From the NCBI GenBank assembly GCA_959604355.1, contig CAUHAO010000007.1:9778-73777 (forward strand): a stretch of 64,000 bases of DNA, in the 5' to 3' direction. This document shows positions 25,833 to 37,553 of this stretch, piece after piece (position 1 is the first letter of the stretch; the number at the start of each line of letters is the position of its first letter). The notes below the pieces were generated by a model. It saw only the letters and a program-made list of their open reading frames with translations. It did not search any database and was not told the DNA's origin. The stretch comes from an uncultured Eubacteriales bacterium (lineage in GTDB: Bacteria > Bacillota > Clostridia > Oscillospirales > UBA644). Made by a program: the position numbers and the translations under genes.

Positions 25833-27356
25833 ATGCGAAACATCAGAATTCTCGACACGACATTGAGAGACGGAGAACAGGCTCCCGGCTACTCTATGAA
25901 CACAAGAGAGAAAATCGAAGTGGCACGCCAGCTTGAAAAGATGGGCGTGAACGCGATCGAAGCGGGATTTGCCGTGATCAGCAAGGGAGACGCGGACAGT
26001 GTCGCCAAAATAGCAAAAGAAGTACATAACGCGTATGTATGCTCGCTTGCGAGAGCTTTGCGCAAAGATATAGACGCCGCAGCCGACGCGGTGCGCGGCG
26101 CGTCCCTTCCGATGATCCACACGTTTCTCGCTACGAGCGACATACATCTCGAATACAAGCTCAAAAAGACGCGCACACAGGCGCTCGAAACAATATCCGA
26201 GGCTGTGAATTACGCGAAAAAGTTCGTGTCAGAAGTCGAATTTTCCGCCGAAGACGCGACGCGAACGGATATAGACTTTCTCTGCCAGGCGGTCTCCGCC
26301 GCGATAAAGGCGGGCGCGACGGTTATAAACATTCCCGACACCGTAGGCTATGCGACGCCCGATGAAATTGCGTATAGGATAAAATACCTGCGCGAGCACG
26401 TTGAAAACATCGATAAGGTTTGTCTTTCAACGCATTGTCACGATGACCTCGGTCTTGCGGTTGCAAACTCGCTGGCGGCAATAAACGCCGGGGTTCAGCA
26501 GGTCGAGGGCACTATAAACGGTATCGGCGAACGTGCGGGTAACGCGGCTCTCGAAGAAATAATAATGACCCTGCACACAAAAAAAGAACTCTACGGCGCC
26601 GAAACGTCCGTGAATACGAAAGAAATATCGAGAACATCGAAGCTCGTGCAGATGGTGACGGGTGTGAACGTGTCTCCGAGCAAATCAATCGTCGGTGCGA
26701 ACGCGTTCCTGCACGAAGCAGGCATACACCAGCACGGAATGCTTGAAAATCCGCTGACATACGAAATAATAACGCCTGAAACTGTCGGCGCGACCTCGTC
26801 AAACTCTCTTGTTATCGGGAAGCACAGCGGCAGACATGCCTTTGACGCAAAAATAAAGGAACTCGGCTACGACCTTAGTGAAGAAATGCTCGGAATACTT
26901 TTCGAGGACTTCAAAAATCTCGCAGACAAGAAAAAAGACATCCACGACCGCGATATAGAAGCGCTCATTCTCAAAGCAAAAGCGAAATACAACGAACACA
27001 TGTTCCGACTCGTGCATTTCGTCATCACCTGCGGTGACGCTTTTTCTACCATCGCGTCGGTGACCATAGAGCAGGACGGCAAGACAGCGGAAGGTGTTTC
27101 GGACGGCGACGGCCCTATCGACGCGGCTTTCAAAGCAATCGAAAAGAGCATAGGCCTTCACTTCCAGCTCCTTGAATTCTCCATAACTGCGGTCACGGGC
27201 GGCAAAGACGCTCTCGGTACCGCAAAAGTACGTCTGAGATATGAAAGCAAAGAAATCACCGCCGTCGGTATTTCCACCGATATCGTGGAAGCGAGCATCT
27301 ACGCGTATCTTAACGCGGTAAATGAACTCGTTCCCGAACTTAAACTTAAACTGTAA
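25833..27356 (+). CDS. leuA: 2-isopropylmalate synthase
   Basis: The start MRNIRILDTTLRDGEQAPG is preceded by GGAGG. HCHDDLGLAVAN motif. C-terminal LeuA-dimer regulatory domain. Confidence 0.88.
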   Translation: MRNIRILDTTLRDGEQAPGYSMNTREKIEVARQLEKMGVNAIEAGFAVISKGDADSVAKIAKEVHNAYVCSLARALRKDIDAAADAVRGASLPMIHTFLATSDIHLEYKLKKTRTQALETISEAVNYAKKFVSEVEFSAEDATRTDIDFLCQAVSAAIKAGATVINIPDTVGYATPDEIAYRIKYLREHVENIDKVCLSTHCHDDLGLAVANSLAAINAGVQQVEGTINGIGERAGNAALEEIIMTLHTKKELYGAETSVNTKEISRTSKLVQMVTGVNVSPSKSIVGANAFLHEAGIHQHGMLENPLTYEIITPETVGATSSNSLVIGKHSGRHAFDAKIKELGYDLSEEMLGILFEDFKNLADKKKDIHDRDIEALILKAKAKYNEHMFRLVHFVITCGDAFSTIASVTIEQDGKTAEGVSDGDGPIDAAFKAIEKSIGLHFQLLEFSITAVTGGKDALGTAKVRLRYESKEITAVGISTDIVEASIYAYLNAVNELVPELKLKL

Positions 27357-27372
27357 CGGCAATGAGGACATC

Positions 27373-28965
27373 ATGAAAATCCATACATTCGACACAACAT
27401 TGAGGGACGGAGCGCAAAGCGAGAAAATACTTTTCTCCGCCAATGACAAACTGCGAATCGTCAAACTTCTCGACTCCCTGCATATAGATTATATCGAGGT
27501 CGGAAATCCCGTCTTCAATCCGGCGGAGGAGCCATTCCTCGAGGAGTTGCAGACGCTCGAGCTCAAGCATTCCCAGATAGTAATGTTCGGAAGCACATGC
27601 AAGGCGGATATGTCGCCCGAGAACTCCCCCGTTCTTGCAGCGCTCGGACACGAGAAATCTCCCGGATACTGCTCAGTTTTCGGCAAAGCGTGGGACCTGC
27701 ACGTACACGACGTACTGAACACCACGGAAGAGGAAAATCTGCGCATAATATCCGAAAGCATAAAATTCCTCAGGCAAAAAGGGAAAAAAGTCTTCTTTGA
27801 CGCGGAGCATTTCTTCGACGGTTTCAAATCGAACGAAGAATACGCGCTCAAAGTAGTGAAAACAGCGCAGGATGCAGGCTGTGACGCAGTCGTTCTGTGC
27901 GATACAAACGGCGGCACGTTCCCGGATGAGATAAAGGTGATAACGGAAAAGGTCGCGGCGGCCTGCTCCGTCGACATAGGCATACATTGCCACAACGACA
28001 TGGGACTCGCGGTAGCAGACACTCTCTCCGCAGTCGCGGCGGGCGCGGTGCTCGTCCAGGGCACTCTTAACGGCATCGGCGAAAGATGCGGCAATACGAA
28101 CCTCGCAACGGTGATAGCAAACCTGCAGCTCAAACTCGGCAATGACGTTCTCGGAGACAAAATCAGGATGCTCTCCCCTGTCAGCCGTGCCGCGGCCCAG
28201 ATATCGAACCTCAATACTGACGGACTGCCTTACATAAGCCGCAGCGCGTTTGCGCACAAAGCCGGCATGCACATCGACGCGGTGATGAAAAACCCTCACA
28301 CATTCGAGCACATCGACCCATCGTCCGTCGGAAACGCCCGCAACATACTTATTTCGGAAATGAGCGGAAAAAGTGCGATATATCCTTACGTCCAGCGAAT
28401 CGTCCCGTCTATGGACAAGGACAGTCCCGCGATGGACAGGATACTGGCTGTGATAAAGAAAAAGGAGGCGGAGGGGTATCACTACGAAGCGGCTCAAGCC
28501 TCTCTTGAACTACTGATAAAACAGGAGCTCGGAATCTTTACCCCTCATTTTATCCTTGAAAAATTCAAGCTCATCGCAGAGCAGACAAGCGTTGACAACC
28601 CTGACGGATGCAATTACGCGTTTCTCAAGGTCTCCGTATCGGGAACGACAGAAATGGCGGCGACGGAAAGTGACGGTCCCGTTCACGCGCTCGATGACGT
28701 TATTCGAAAGGCGCTCCATGGGTTCTACCCTGCGCTCAACGAAACGCGGCTGATAGATTATAAGGTGAGAGTGCTCGACAGCCGTTCTTCCACCGGCGGC
28801 AAAGTCCGCGTCTACATCGAGGCGACCGATGGGCACGAAACATGGGGTACTGTCGGTGTTTCCAGGGACATAATAGAAGCGTCCAAAACGGCTCTTATTG
28901 ACGCGGTGGAATACAAGCTCTGTATGGAAGACCAACTGAAGAGCTCAGCCTCAAAACATTCTTAA
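27373..28965 (+). CDS. cimA: (R)-citramalate synthase
   Basis: MKIHTFDTTLRDGAQSEKILFS, HCHNDMGLAVAD, and a length of 530 aa with a long C-terminal regulatory domain typical of CimA-type DRE-TIM synthases. Distinguishing CimA from a LeuA paralogue needs a profile search. Confidence 0.7.
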   Translation: MKIHTFDTTLRDGAQSEKILFSANDKLRIVKLLDSLHIDYIEVGNPVFNPAEEPFLEELQTLELKHSQIVMFGSTCKADMSPENSPVLAALGHEKSPGYCSVFGKAWDLHVHDVLNTTEEENLRIISESIKFLRQKGKKVFFDAEHFFDGFKSNEEYALKVVKTAQDAGCDAVVLCDTNGGTFPDEIKVITEKVAAACSVDIGIHCHNDMGLAVADTLSAVAAGAVLVQGTLNGIGERCGNTNLATVIANLQLKLGNDVLGDKIRMLSPVSRAAAQISNLNTDGLPYISRSAFAHKAGMHIDAVMKNPHTFEHIDPSSVGNARNILISEMSGKSAIYPYVQRIVPSMDKDSPAMDRILAVIKKKEAEGYHYEAAQASLELLIKQELGIFTPHFILEKFKLIAEQTSVDNPDGCNYAFLKVSVSGTTEMAATESDGPVHALDDVIRKALHGFYPALNETRLIDYKVRVLDSRSSTGGKVRVYIEATDGHETWGTVGVSRDIIEASKTALIDAVEYKLCMEDQLKSSASKHS

Positions 28966-28984
28966 AAATAAGTGGGGATCTATA

Positions 28985-29764
28985 ATGAACATAGCTGTTA
29001 TCACAGGTGCAAGTTCAGGAATGGGCAAGGAACTCGCCGTGCAACTCGACAAAGCTGAAAAATACGACGAAATATGGCTCATCGCGCGCCGTAAAGAGCG
29101 CCTCGAGGAACTTTCAGCCGAGCTTTCCGCACCGTGCGTCACGATCGCAATGGATCTGACAGACACATCCTCTTTTGACAAGTACAAAACGATGCTCGAG
29201 AAGCGCAAACCGAATGTAAAAACGCTCGCCAACTGCAGCGGTTTCGGGAAATTCGGCAAATATGACGACATTCCGATTCCCGAAAGCATGAACATGATAG
29301 ACCTCAACTGCAAAGCGCTCGTAACAATGACAGAACTCACTCTGCCTTATATGAGCGAGGGCTCCGATATAATCAATCTTGACTCTCTTTCATCGTTCCA
29401 GCCGGTACCGTTTCTTAACGTCTACGCGGCGACAAAAGCGTTCGTACTGAGTTATTCTCAGGCGCTTAACGCGGAACTTCGCCCGAGAAGGATCAAAGTC
29501 ATGGCTGTCTGCCCGGGTTGGGTGAAAACAGAATTTTTCGACCGCGCGACGACGACCGACGACAAGGCCGTAACATATTTCAATGTGATGTATACCGCCA
29601 AGCAGGTCATAACGACAGCAATGAAAGACCGCGCTAAAGGAAAGACGGTTTCCGTCCACGGTCTGCCGGTTAAATTTCAGGTTTTTCTTGTAAAGCACCT
29701 GCCGCATAAGTTTGTCATCAACACATGGCTCCGTCAACAGAAACATAATGAGTATATCGGATGA
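28985..29764 (+). CDS. Short-chain dehydrogenase/reductase (SDR) family oxidoreductase
   Basis: TGASSGMG cofactor motif and YxxxK (YAATKAF). Confidence 0.85.
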   Translation: MNIAVITGASSGMGKELAVQLDKAEKYDEIWLIARRKERLEELSAELSAPCVTIAMDLTDTSSFDKYKTMLEKRKPNVKTLANCSGFGKFGKYDDIPIPESMNMIDLNCKALVTMTELTLPYMSEGSDIINLDSLSSFQPVPFLNVYAATKAFVLSYSQALNAELRPRRIKVMAVCPGWVKTEFFDRATTTDDKAVTYFNVMYTAKQVITTAMKDRAKGKTVSVHGLPVKFQVFLVKHLPHKFVINTWLRQQKHNEYIG

Positions 29765-29799
29765 CGGGGCACTCGTTTTCAATAAAAGACAAGTAACAG

Positions 29800-29840
29800 C
29801 AAAGGGTCCCGCGGACCGTTATGGTCCGTGAGACCCTTTG
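29800..29840. terminator. Compound hairpin between convergent genes
   Basis: Outer stem caaagggtc/gaccctttg encloses inner stem cggacc/ggtccg. On the minus strand it is followed by T-rich sequence. Confidence 0.6.
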
Positions 29841-29868
29841 CTTAAAACAAATATAAATATTACACCTA

Positions 29869-31056
29869 TCATTTTGAAAGCAGCTCTACAAGTCTGCGTG
29901 CTGCTTCTTTTGTACCATCGGGACTTCCGAAGGTAGAGAAACGGAAATATCCTTCACCGCAGGCACCGAAGCCTTCGCCGGGAGTACCGACTACCTGAAT
30001 TTCACGGAGCAGATAATCAAAGAAATCCCAACTTCCCATACCTTTGGGGCACTGCATCCATATATACGGCGCATTCTTTCCTCCGCAGTACCAGATGCCA
30101 AGCTTATCCAGAGCTTTCATCAGCACCTTTGCGTTGTTCTTATAAATTCCGATATTATCGTGAATCTGCTTCTGGCCTTCTGGAGTGAATACCGCAGCAC
30201 CGCCCTTTTGGATGATATAGGACACTCCATTTGTCTTGGTTGTACGGTTACGCACCCACATAGCATTCAGGTTCATCCCGTTTCTGTTAAGTGCTTTGGG
30301 AATAACGGTATACCCCAGACGTGTACCGGTGAATCCTGCTGTTTTGGAAAGTGAACATATTTCAATTGCACAATTTTCAGCTCCATCAAGCTCAAAAATG
30401 CTGTGCGGCAGAGTTTCATCCTCGATAAAAGCTTCATAAGCGGCATCAAAAAGAATTACCGAACCCTTTTCGTTGGCAAAATTCACCCACGTCTGCAACT
30501 GATCACGGCTGAATACCGCACCGGTTGGGTTGTTGGGTGAGCATATATAAAGAATATCCGCCTCAATGTTCTTGTCAGGCTCGGGCAAAAAGCCGTTATT
30601 CTTATCCGAAGCCAGATGTATAATCTTCCTGCCTGCCATCACATTTGCATCTACATAAGCGGGGTATGCAGGTTCGATAACAAGAGCTGTACAACACCTG
30701 TCGAACAGATCAAGGATATCTCCCAGTTCATCACTGGCGCCGCTTGATACGAACACCTCGTCTGCAGAAAGCTTAACTCCTCTTTTCATATAGTATTCGG
30801 CTATCGTCTCGCGGAGAAAGGGTGCTCCGCATTCGGGCATATACCCGTGAAAACTCTCCTTTGTCGCCTGATCGTCAACAGCTTCGTGCAAGGCCTTGAT
30901 AACCGCATCGCACAGCGGCAGAGATACATCACCTATGCCCATACGGTAAAGGTGCTTGTCCGGATTGGCTTCAAGGTATGCCCTGGTCTTCTGAGCGATA
31001 TTGAAAAACAGATAAGAATCCTTTAAATCTGCATAGTGCATATTCGGTGTAATCAT
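29869..31056 (-). CDS. dapL: LL-diaminopimelate aminotransferase
   Basis: N-terminus NMHYADLKDSYLFFNIAQK, PLP-lysine context SLSKTAGFTGTRLGY, and 4-nt overlap with dapF. Confidence 0.85.
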   Translation of the reverse strand: MITPNMHYADLKDSYLFFNIAQKTRAYLEANPDKHLYRMGIGDVSLPLCDAVIKALHEAVDDQATKESFHGYMPECGAPFLRETIAEYYMKRGVKLSADEVFVSSGASDELGDILDLFDRCCTALVIEPAYPAYVDANVMAGRKIIHLASDKNNGFLPEPDKNIEADILYICSPNNPTGAVFSRDQLQTWVNFANEKGSVILFDAAYEAFIEDETLPHSIFELDGAENCAIEICSLSKTAGFTGTRLGYTVIPKALNRNGMNLNAMWVRNRTTKTNGVSYIIQKGGAAVFTPEGQKQIHDNIGIYKNNAKVLMKALDKLGIWYCGGKNAPYIWMQCPKGMGSWDFFDYLLREIQVVGTPGEGFGACGEGYFRFSTFGSPDGTKEAARRLVELLSK

Positions 31057-31844
31057 ATCACGGTTTCTCCTTCATAAACGATTTCTGCCGGACCGGTCAT
31101 GGTAACGGTATTATCATCGGCAATCCTGATATTCAGAATGCCGCCGTCGAGATGCACGGCAACAGTCGCGCCGTAAGCACAGAATTTCTTGGCGACTGCG
31201 ACCATTGTGACGGCACAGGCCCCGGTGCCGCATGCCATCGTAACGCCGCTGCCTCGCTCCCATACCCGCATACGCAATTCATTTTCACCTATGACCTGCA
31301 CGAACTCCACATTGACGCCGTCGGGAAAAGCTTCATGGCACTCGATTTTCGGTCCGATGACAGTCAGCGGTGCGTTTTCAATATCATCTACAAAGATAAC
31401 GGCGTGAGGATTGCCGACCGATACGGGCGTCAGCGTTACTTCTTCACCGCACACATTCAGTACCCTCTCCTTTTCTACTGAAGCAATCCCCATATTGACG
31501 GTAACGGTTTTCACCTTTCCGCCACAGACCTGAAGGTCCAGATGTTTGACCCCGGACAACGTTTCAATCTCGAGTTCTGTCTTATCCGTATACCCCTTGT
31601 CGTAAACATATTTGCCGACGCATCGAATACCATTCCCGCACATCTTTGCCTCTCTTCCGTCCGCATTAAAGATGCGCATCTTGAAATCGGCAATATCAGA
31701 GGGCGAAATATAAATCATACCATCAGAGCCGGCTCCGAAATGACGTTCGGACAATTTTACAGAGAGCTCCGCGATGTTTGTCGGAACCTCGCCGTAGACA
31801 TATAGATAGTCATTTCCCAGACCGTGCATTTTTGTGAAATGCAT
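31053..31844 (-). CDS. dapF: Diaminopimelate epimerase
   Basis: MHFTKMHGLGNDY, and catalytic Cys contexts MCGNGIRC and ACGTGACA. Confidence 0.93.
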   Translation of the reverse strand: MHFTKMHGLGNDYLYVYGEVPTNIAELSVKLSERHFGAGSDGMIYISPSDIADFKMRIFNADGREAKMCGNGIRCVGKYVYDKGYTDKTELEIETLSGVKHLDLQVCGGKVKTVTVNMGIASVEKERVLNVCGEEVTLTPVSVGNPHAVIFVDDIENAPLTVIGPKIECHEAFPDGVNVEFVQVIGENELRMRVWERGSGVTMACGTGACAVTMVAVAKKFCAYGATVAVHLDGGILNIRIADDNTVTMTGPAEIVYEGETVI

Positions 31845-31855
31845 AACATAACCTC

Positions 31856-34800
31856 CTATGAATCTATTGTAGAAATACCAAACGTAACCTCCTCCAGAAC
31901 GTCAAGAAGCATCTTTACAGTATCAAGAGATGTCAGCATTGTGATATTGTTCTGTGCGGCACAACGGCGGATAGCCACGCCGTCACCGAAATGATTACCG
32001 GAAAGGACTGCTCGGGTATTGATCACATAGCTTACATACCCCGCACGGATGGAATCCAGCACTTCTTCGCTGCCCTCGCTTGGTTTACGGAAGATCCTGG
32101 TGCGAATCCCGTGAGCCGTCAGAAACTCCCCCGTAAGCGTTGTCGCTTCGATATTGAATCCCATATCGTAGAACCGGCGGACAAGCGGCAGCGTTTCCTC
32201 TTTATCTTCATCGGCGACGCTGACAATGACCGTCCCGTAATTCTTAAGCCTGAGCCCCGATGCCAGCATCGCCTTATAAGCCGCACGGTGCAGTTTGTCG
32301 TCATAGCCGATGGCTTCGCCCGTTGATTTCATTTCAGGCGACAAATAGGCATCCATACCTCGAAGTTTTGAAAATGAAAATGCCGGAGCTTTCACATAGA
32401 AACGCTTCTTTTCCTTCGGGTAGATATTGAAAATACCCTGTTCGGGCAGGGATACGCCGAGATTTACAAGCGTGGCGATATCGGCAAGGCTGTAACCTGT
32501 CGCTTTTGACAGGAAAGGCACGGTTCGGGATGACCGTGGATTAACTTCTATGATATAAACCTCTTCGTGTTCGTCAACGATAAACTGAATATTGTACAAC
32601 CCGATAATACCGATGCCGGGCCCGAGCTTTTCGGTATAGTCCAGGATCGTCTTTTTCACTTTGTCCGAAAGGCTGTACGCGGGATATACACTGATAGAGT
32701 CTCCGGAATGGACACCGGTTCTCTCCACAAGTTCCATAATGCCGGGAACGAACACCCTCTTCCCGTCGCAGATGGCGTCCACTTCCACCTCTTTGCCGCG
32801 GATATACTTATCAACAAGCACAGGCTTGTCTTCATCTATCTCCACCGCGGTTTTGAGATAGTTGCGAAGAGCCTCTTCTTTTGCCACGATCTGCATCGCC
32901 CTGCCGCCGAGAACGAAACTCGGACGAACAAGCACGGGGTAGCCGATGTCTTCCGCAGCCTTTATGCCTGCCTCTATGGATGTCACCGCAAGACCTTTCG
33001 GCTGAGGAATATTAAGGCTTAACAACAGCTTTTCAAAGGCATCCCGGTTTTCCGCACGTTCGATGGCGTCACAGTCCGTACCGATTATTTTCACTCCGAG
33101 CTCATGCAAAGGCGCGGCAAGATTGATTGCCGTCTGCCCGCCAAGAGTTGCAATAACACCCTCCGGCTTTTCGAGTTCTATGACATTCATGACATCTTCC
33201 ACGCAAAGCGGCTCAAAATAAAGCTTATCCGAGCAGGTGTAATCGGTTGAAACCGTTTCGGGATTATTATTTATAATGATTGCCTCGAACCCCGAAGCTT
33301 TAATGGTCTGCACGGCATGAACGGTGGAATAGTCGAATTCCACCCCCTGACCGATACGGATCGGGCCTGAGCCAAGCACGACTACTTTCTTCTTTTCGGA
33401 TACGACAGATTCGTTTTCGTCCTCGTAGGTGGAGTAGAAATAAGGAATATAACTGTCAAATTCGGAAGCGCAAGTGTCGATCATTTTATACACAGGCATG
33501 ATTCCGTGCCCGCGTCTCAGATTCCATATATCGATCTCGGTCTTGTTCCATAAATTTGCGATCTCTTTATCGGAAAAGCCCATTTTCTTCGCTTTGAGCA
33601 GAACATCTATGCTATCCGGATTATTCCTGAGCTCACATTCTTCTTGCACTATGTTGCGGAGCTTACGGATAAAGAATTTATCAATAGAGGTGACATCCGC
33701 GATAACCTCGACGCTGCAGGCGAGCCGCAAAAGCTGCGCTATGGCATAAATACGGTCATCCGTCCCTATCTTGATATAATTGAGAAGTTCAGTCTCACTC
33801 ATCCCGTCAAACTTGCGGTTATAGAGATGTATAAGACCGATCTCGAGGGAACGGATGGCTTTGAGCAAGCTTTCTTCAACCGTTCTGCCGATACTCATTA
33901 CTTCACCGGTAGCCTTCATCTGTGTGGAAAGTGAATTGTTGGCATCCGCAAATTTATCAAATGGGAAACGGGGCATTTTGGTCACAACGTAATCCAGTGT
34001 CGGCTCAAATGATGCGGGCGTGTTTGCGATGCGGATTTCATCCAGTGTCATTCCCACACCTATTTTTGCCGAAACACGGGCAATGGGATAGCCGCTCGCC
34101 TTGGAAGCCAATGCCGAAGAACGCGACACTCTGGGGTTTACTTCAATGAGGTAATATCTGAAAGAGTTCGGGTCAAGAGCGAACTGCACATTGCATCCGC
34201 CTTCGATTTTAAGGGCGCGGATTATTCTGAGCGCACTGTCGCGGAGCATCTGATACTCCTTGTTTGTAAGCGTTTGGGAAGGACATACAACGATTGAGTC
34301 TCCCGTATGAATACCGACTGGGTCAATATTTTCCATATTACAAATCGTAATGGCAGTATCATTACTGTCACGAATGACCTCATATTCGATTTCCTTATAG
34401 CCCTTTATACTCTTTTCGACAAGCACCTGCCCTACCGGAGAAAGAGAAAGGGCGTTTTTCATTAAAGGCAGAAATTCCTCCTCATTATCGGCAAAACCTC
34501 CGCCGGTACCACCCAGAGTGAAAGCAGGACGGAGTACGACCGGATAACCGATCCGTTCCGCGACCTTCAGTCCTTCTTCGACGGAATTCGCGATATCGGA
34601 AGGCAAGACAGGCTCACCCAATTCTTCGCAGAGTTCCTTGAACAGTTCACGGTCTTCCGCGCGCTCAATACTGCGGCTCTGCGTTCCCAGAAGCTCCACT
34701 CGACATTCTGATAGTACGCCCTTCTTTTCAAGCTGCATGGCAAGGTTCAGACCGGTTTGACCGCCTATGCCGGGAAGTATGGCATCAGGACGCTCAAAGC

Positions 34801-35035
34801 GTATGATCTTTGCAATGTATTCTAAAGTCAGGGGCTCCATATATACATTATCCGCGATCGACGTATCGGTCATGATAGTTGCGGGATTGGAATTGCAGAG
34901 AACCACCTCATACCCCTCTTCCTTGAGAGCAAGACAAGCCTGTGTCCCGGCATAATCAAACTCCGCAGCCTGACCGATGACAATAGGACCGGAACCGATG
35001 ACAAGGACTTTTTTTATATCTGTTCTCTTAGGCAT
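31856..35035 (-). CDS. carB: Carbamoyl-phosphate synthase large subunit
   Basis: 1059 aa with duplicated ATP-grasp halves ([24 protein letters not shown] and [19 protein letters not shown]) and a C-terminal MGS-like domain. Confidence 0.97.
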   Translation of the reverse strand: MPKRTDIKKVLVIGSGPIVIGQAAEFDYAGTQACLALKEEGYEVVLCNSNPATIMTDTSIADNVYMEPLTLEYIAKIIRFERPDAILPGIGGQTGLNLAMQLEKKGVLSECRVELLGTQSRSIERAEDRELFKELCEELGEPVLPSDIANSVEEGLKVAERIGYPVVLRPAFTLGGTGGGFADNEEEFLPLMKNALSLSPVGQVLVEKSIKGYKEIEYEVIRDSNDTAITICNMENIDPVGIHTGDSIVVCPSQTLTNKEYQMLRDSALRIIRALKIEGGCNVQFALDPNSFRYYLIEVNPRVSRSSALASKASGYPIARVSAKIGVGMTLDEIRIANTPASFEPTLDYVVTKMPRFPFDKFADANNSLSTQMKATGEVMSIGRTVEESLLKAIRSLEIGLIHLYNRKFDGMSETELLNYIKIGTDDRIYAIAQLLRLACSVEVIADVTSIDKFFIRKLRNIVQEECELRNNPDSIDVLLKAKKMGFSDKEIANLWNKTEIDIWNLRRGHGIMPVYKMIDTCASEFDSYIPYFYSTYEDENESVVSEKKKVVVLGSGPIRIGQGVEFDYSTVHAVQTIKASGFEAIIINNNPETVSTDYTCSDKLYFEPLCVEDVMNVIELEKPEGVIATLGGQTAINLAAPLHELGVKIIGTDCDAIERAENRDAFEKLLLSLNIPQPKGLAVTSIEAGIKAAEDIGYPVLVRPSFVLGGRAMQIVAKEEALRNYLKTAVEIDEDKPVLVDKYIRGKEVEVDAICDGKRVFVPGIMELVERTGVHSGDSISVYPAYSLSDKVKKTILDYTEKLGPGIGIIGLYNIQFIVDEHEEVYIIEVNPRSSRTVPFLSKATGYSLADIATLVNLGVSLPEQGIFNIYPKEKKRFYVKAPAFSFSKLRGMDAYLSPEMKSTGEAIGYDDKLHRAAYKAMLASGLRLKNYGTVIVSVADEDKEETLPLVRRFYDMGFNIEATTLTGEFLTAHGIRTRIFRKPSEGSEEVLDSIRAGYVSYVINTRAVLSGNHFGDGVAIRRCAAQNNITMLTSLDTVKMLLDVLEEVTFGISTIDS

Positions 35036-36119
35036 TTTTCGTGTCCTCCTGCATTAGTTTAACAAATCGGTCGAAGAGATATGCGCTGTCCTGAGGCCCG
35101 GGCGCGCTCTCAGGGTGATACTGCACGCTGAATACTTTATCTTTATCGCATTTCGCGCCCTCGACGGTATTGTCAAGCAGATTGATATGGGTAACGGCAA
35201 GATGTGTTCCCTCAAGACTTTTCGCATCGACCGCGTAAGAGTGGTTCTGCGAAGTGATTTCTATTTTATTTGTTTCCAGATTCCGCACCGGATGGTTTCC
35301 TCCGCGATGTCCGAATTTCAGCTTGTATGTTTTTGCACCATACGCCAAAGAGATAATCTGATGGCCGAGACATATACCGAATATCGGGCACGTCCCGATC
35401 AGCGACTTTACGCTTTCTATTGTCTGAGGCACATCGGTAGGGTTTCCGGGGCCGTTTGATATAAACACGCCGTCGGGTTTCAGGTCTTTTATAATTTCCG
35501 CAGATGTATTCCACGGTACGACCGTGACCTTGCAGCCGCGCTTGTTCAAAGACCTGACGATATTCAGCTTCATGCCGCAGTCGATAGCTACCACATGCAA
35601 GCTTTCCGTCTCTGCATGAGATACCCACGTCGCTTCGCAGCTTACTCGAGCCACGGCGTTCGAGGGAATGCGTGCCTCTTTCAGTATTTCCAGACCCTTT
35701 TCCACGGAAGTTGATGCCCCTGTTATCAAAGCTTTTCGGCTACCACGGTCTCGTATAGACCGTGTGAGCTTACGGGTATCGACACCGTATACACCGGGAA
35801 TATTGTATCTTTTCATTACTTCCGACAGTGTCGCCGTAGATCTGAAATTGGAAGGCTCGTCGTTGTACTCGCGAACGATAAGTGCTCCGATTGTGGGTCT
35901 CTCGGTTTCATAATCATCATCAGCCATGCCGTAGTTGCCGATCAAGGGATATGTCATAACTACAGCTTGGTAAGTGTAGGAAGGATCGGAAATAATCTCC
36001 TGATAACCGACCATTGAGGTGTTGAATACGATTTCGCAAACCGCGTCTGCGGAATCTCCGAAAGAGTATCCGAAGTATTCCTGCCCATCTTCCAAAATAA
36101 TTTTTCTGTCAAAATCCAT
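35028..36119 (-). CDS. carA: Carbamoyl-phosphate synthase small (glutaminase) subunit
   Basis: Class-I amidotransferase motif GICLGHQ and HPE. 8-nt overlap with carB. Confidence 0.95.
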   Translation of the reverse strand: MDFDRKIILEDGQEYFGYSFGDSADAVCEIVFNTSMVGYQEIISDPSYTYQAVVMTYPLIGNYGMADDDYETERPTIGALIVREYNDEPSNFRSTATLSEVMKRYNIPGVYGVDTRKLTRSIRDRGSRKALITGASTSVEKGLEILKEARIPSNAVARVSCEATWVSHAETESLHVVAIDCGMKLNIVRSLNKRGCKVTVVPWNTSAEIIKDLKPDGVFISNGPGNPTDVPQTIESVKSLIGTCPIFGICLGHQIISLAYGAKTYKLKFGHRGGNHPVRNLETNKIEITSQNHSYAVDAKSLEGTHLAVTHINLLDNTVEGAKCDKDKVFSVQYHPESAPGPQDSAYLFDRFVKLMQEDTKNA

Positions 36120-36131
36120 CTTTTCGACGCC

Positions 36132-37553
36132 TCATTTCTTTTTATCGGACAATCTCTGCTCAAACCTGTCCTTTCGGGTATCCGCAGGGACGTTTGTGGG
36201 GTATTTTCCATTAAAGCAAGCGCTGCAAAAATCCATATTGCCCGTAAGTTCCGAAAGCTTATCTTCCGGAAAATAACCGAGAGAATCTGCACCTATGATA
36301 CGCGCGATTTCCGGAACAGTATACTTACAGGCTACCAAATGCTCTTCGGAGTCTATATCGGTGCCGTAATAGCAAGGGTGTAAAAACGGCGGCGAAGAGA
36401 TACGGACGTGAACCTCTTTTGCTCCGGCGTCACGAAGCATCTTTACCACACGCCCCATCGTGTTTCCCCGAACAATAGAATCGTCAACCAGTACCACACG
36501 TTTATTCTTTATGCTTTCTTCCACCGCGGAAAGTTTGATCTTTACGCCGTCAAGGCGTGCACCCTGCCCGGGGATGATAAAGGTTCTGCCGATGTATTTA
36601 TTCTTTATAAGCCCGATGCCGTAAGGAATGTGAGATTCCTGACTGAAACCAAGCGCTGCATCGAGTCCCGAATCCGGAGCGCCTATCACGATATCCGCAT
36701 CACACGGATGTGCCTGCGCCAGTATTCTGCCCGCGCGAACGCGGGATGCGTGAACCGAAATGCCGTCAATGACAGAATCCGGACGCGCAAAATAGATATA
36801 CTCAAAAATGCAAAGTCTTTTTTTCTTTTCACCGCAATGCTCTCTGAGGGAAACGAGGCCGTTTTCTGAAAAAACCAGTATCTCGCCGGGGTCCACATCG
36901 CGTATAACCTCACCGCCGACAGCCTTGATCGCGCAGCTTTCCGATGCGACGATATACATACCGTCGGGAGTCCTGCCGTAGCAAAGAGGACGGAAGCCGT
37001 AAGGGTCTCTTACACATATCAGCTTACGGGGGGACATGAGCACAAGCGAATAAGCCCCGTCAAGGCTGTTCATTGCCGCACTGACGGCTTCTTCGATAGA
37101 GCCTGTTTTGAGTCGTTCTCTTGTGATGATGTAGGCAATGGTTTCGGTATCGCTTGTAGTATGGAAAATGGCGCCCTGGAGTTCAAGTTCATTTCTGAGT
37201 TCCACAGCATTGGAAAGGTTACCGTTATGCGCCAGAGCCATTCTGCCTTTTTGATGATTGACCTCAATAGGCTGACAGTTGTTTCTGTTAGTTCCGCCCG
37301 TGGTGCCGTAACGGACGTGGGCCACAGCCATCGTGCCTTTCGGCAAACGTGACAGGATGTCACCTGAAAAAACCTCGTTGACAAGGCCCAAATCTTTATG
37401 GGATACAAATAATCCGTCATCGTTGACAACAATGCCGCAGCTCTCCTGTCCACGATGCTGTAAGGTATATAATCCATAATAAGAAATGCTTGCTACATCG
37501 CACGGTTTCGGTGCCATCACACCGAACACTCCGCATTCTTCGTGAATACTCAT
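36132..37553 (-). CDS. purF: Amidophosphoribosyltransferase
   Basis: N-terminal propeptide then Cys (MSIHEECGVFGV), PRPP-binding VVLVDDSIVRGNT, and C-terminal Cys ligands for the 4Fe-4S cluster. Confidence 0.95.
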   Translation of the reverse strand: MSIHEECGVFGVMAPKPCDVASISYYGLYTLQHRGQESCGIVVNDDGLFVSHKDLGLVNEVFSGDILSRLPKGTMAVAHVRYGTTGGTNRNNCQPIEVNHQKGRMALAHNGNLSNAVELRNELELQGAIFHTTSDTETIAYIITRERLKTGSIEEAVSAAMNSLDGAYSLVLMSPRKLICVRDPYGFRPLCYGRTPDGMYIVASESCAIKAVGGEVIRDVDPGEILVFSENGLVSLREHCGEKKKRLCIFEYIYFARPDSVIDGISVHASRVRAGRILAQAHPCDADIVIGAPDSGLDAALGFSQESHIPYGIGLIKNKYIGRTFIIPGQGARLDGVKIKLSAVEESIKNKRVVLVDDSIVRGNTMGRVVKMLRDAGAKEVHVRISSPPFLHPCYYGTDIDSEEHLVACKYTVPEIARIIGADSLGYFPEDKLSELTGNMDFCSACFNGKYPTNVPADTRKDRFEQRLSDKKK

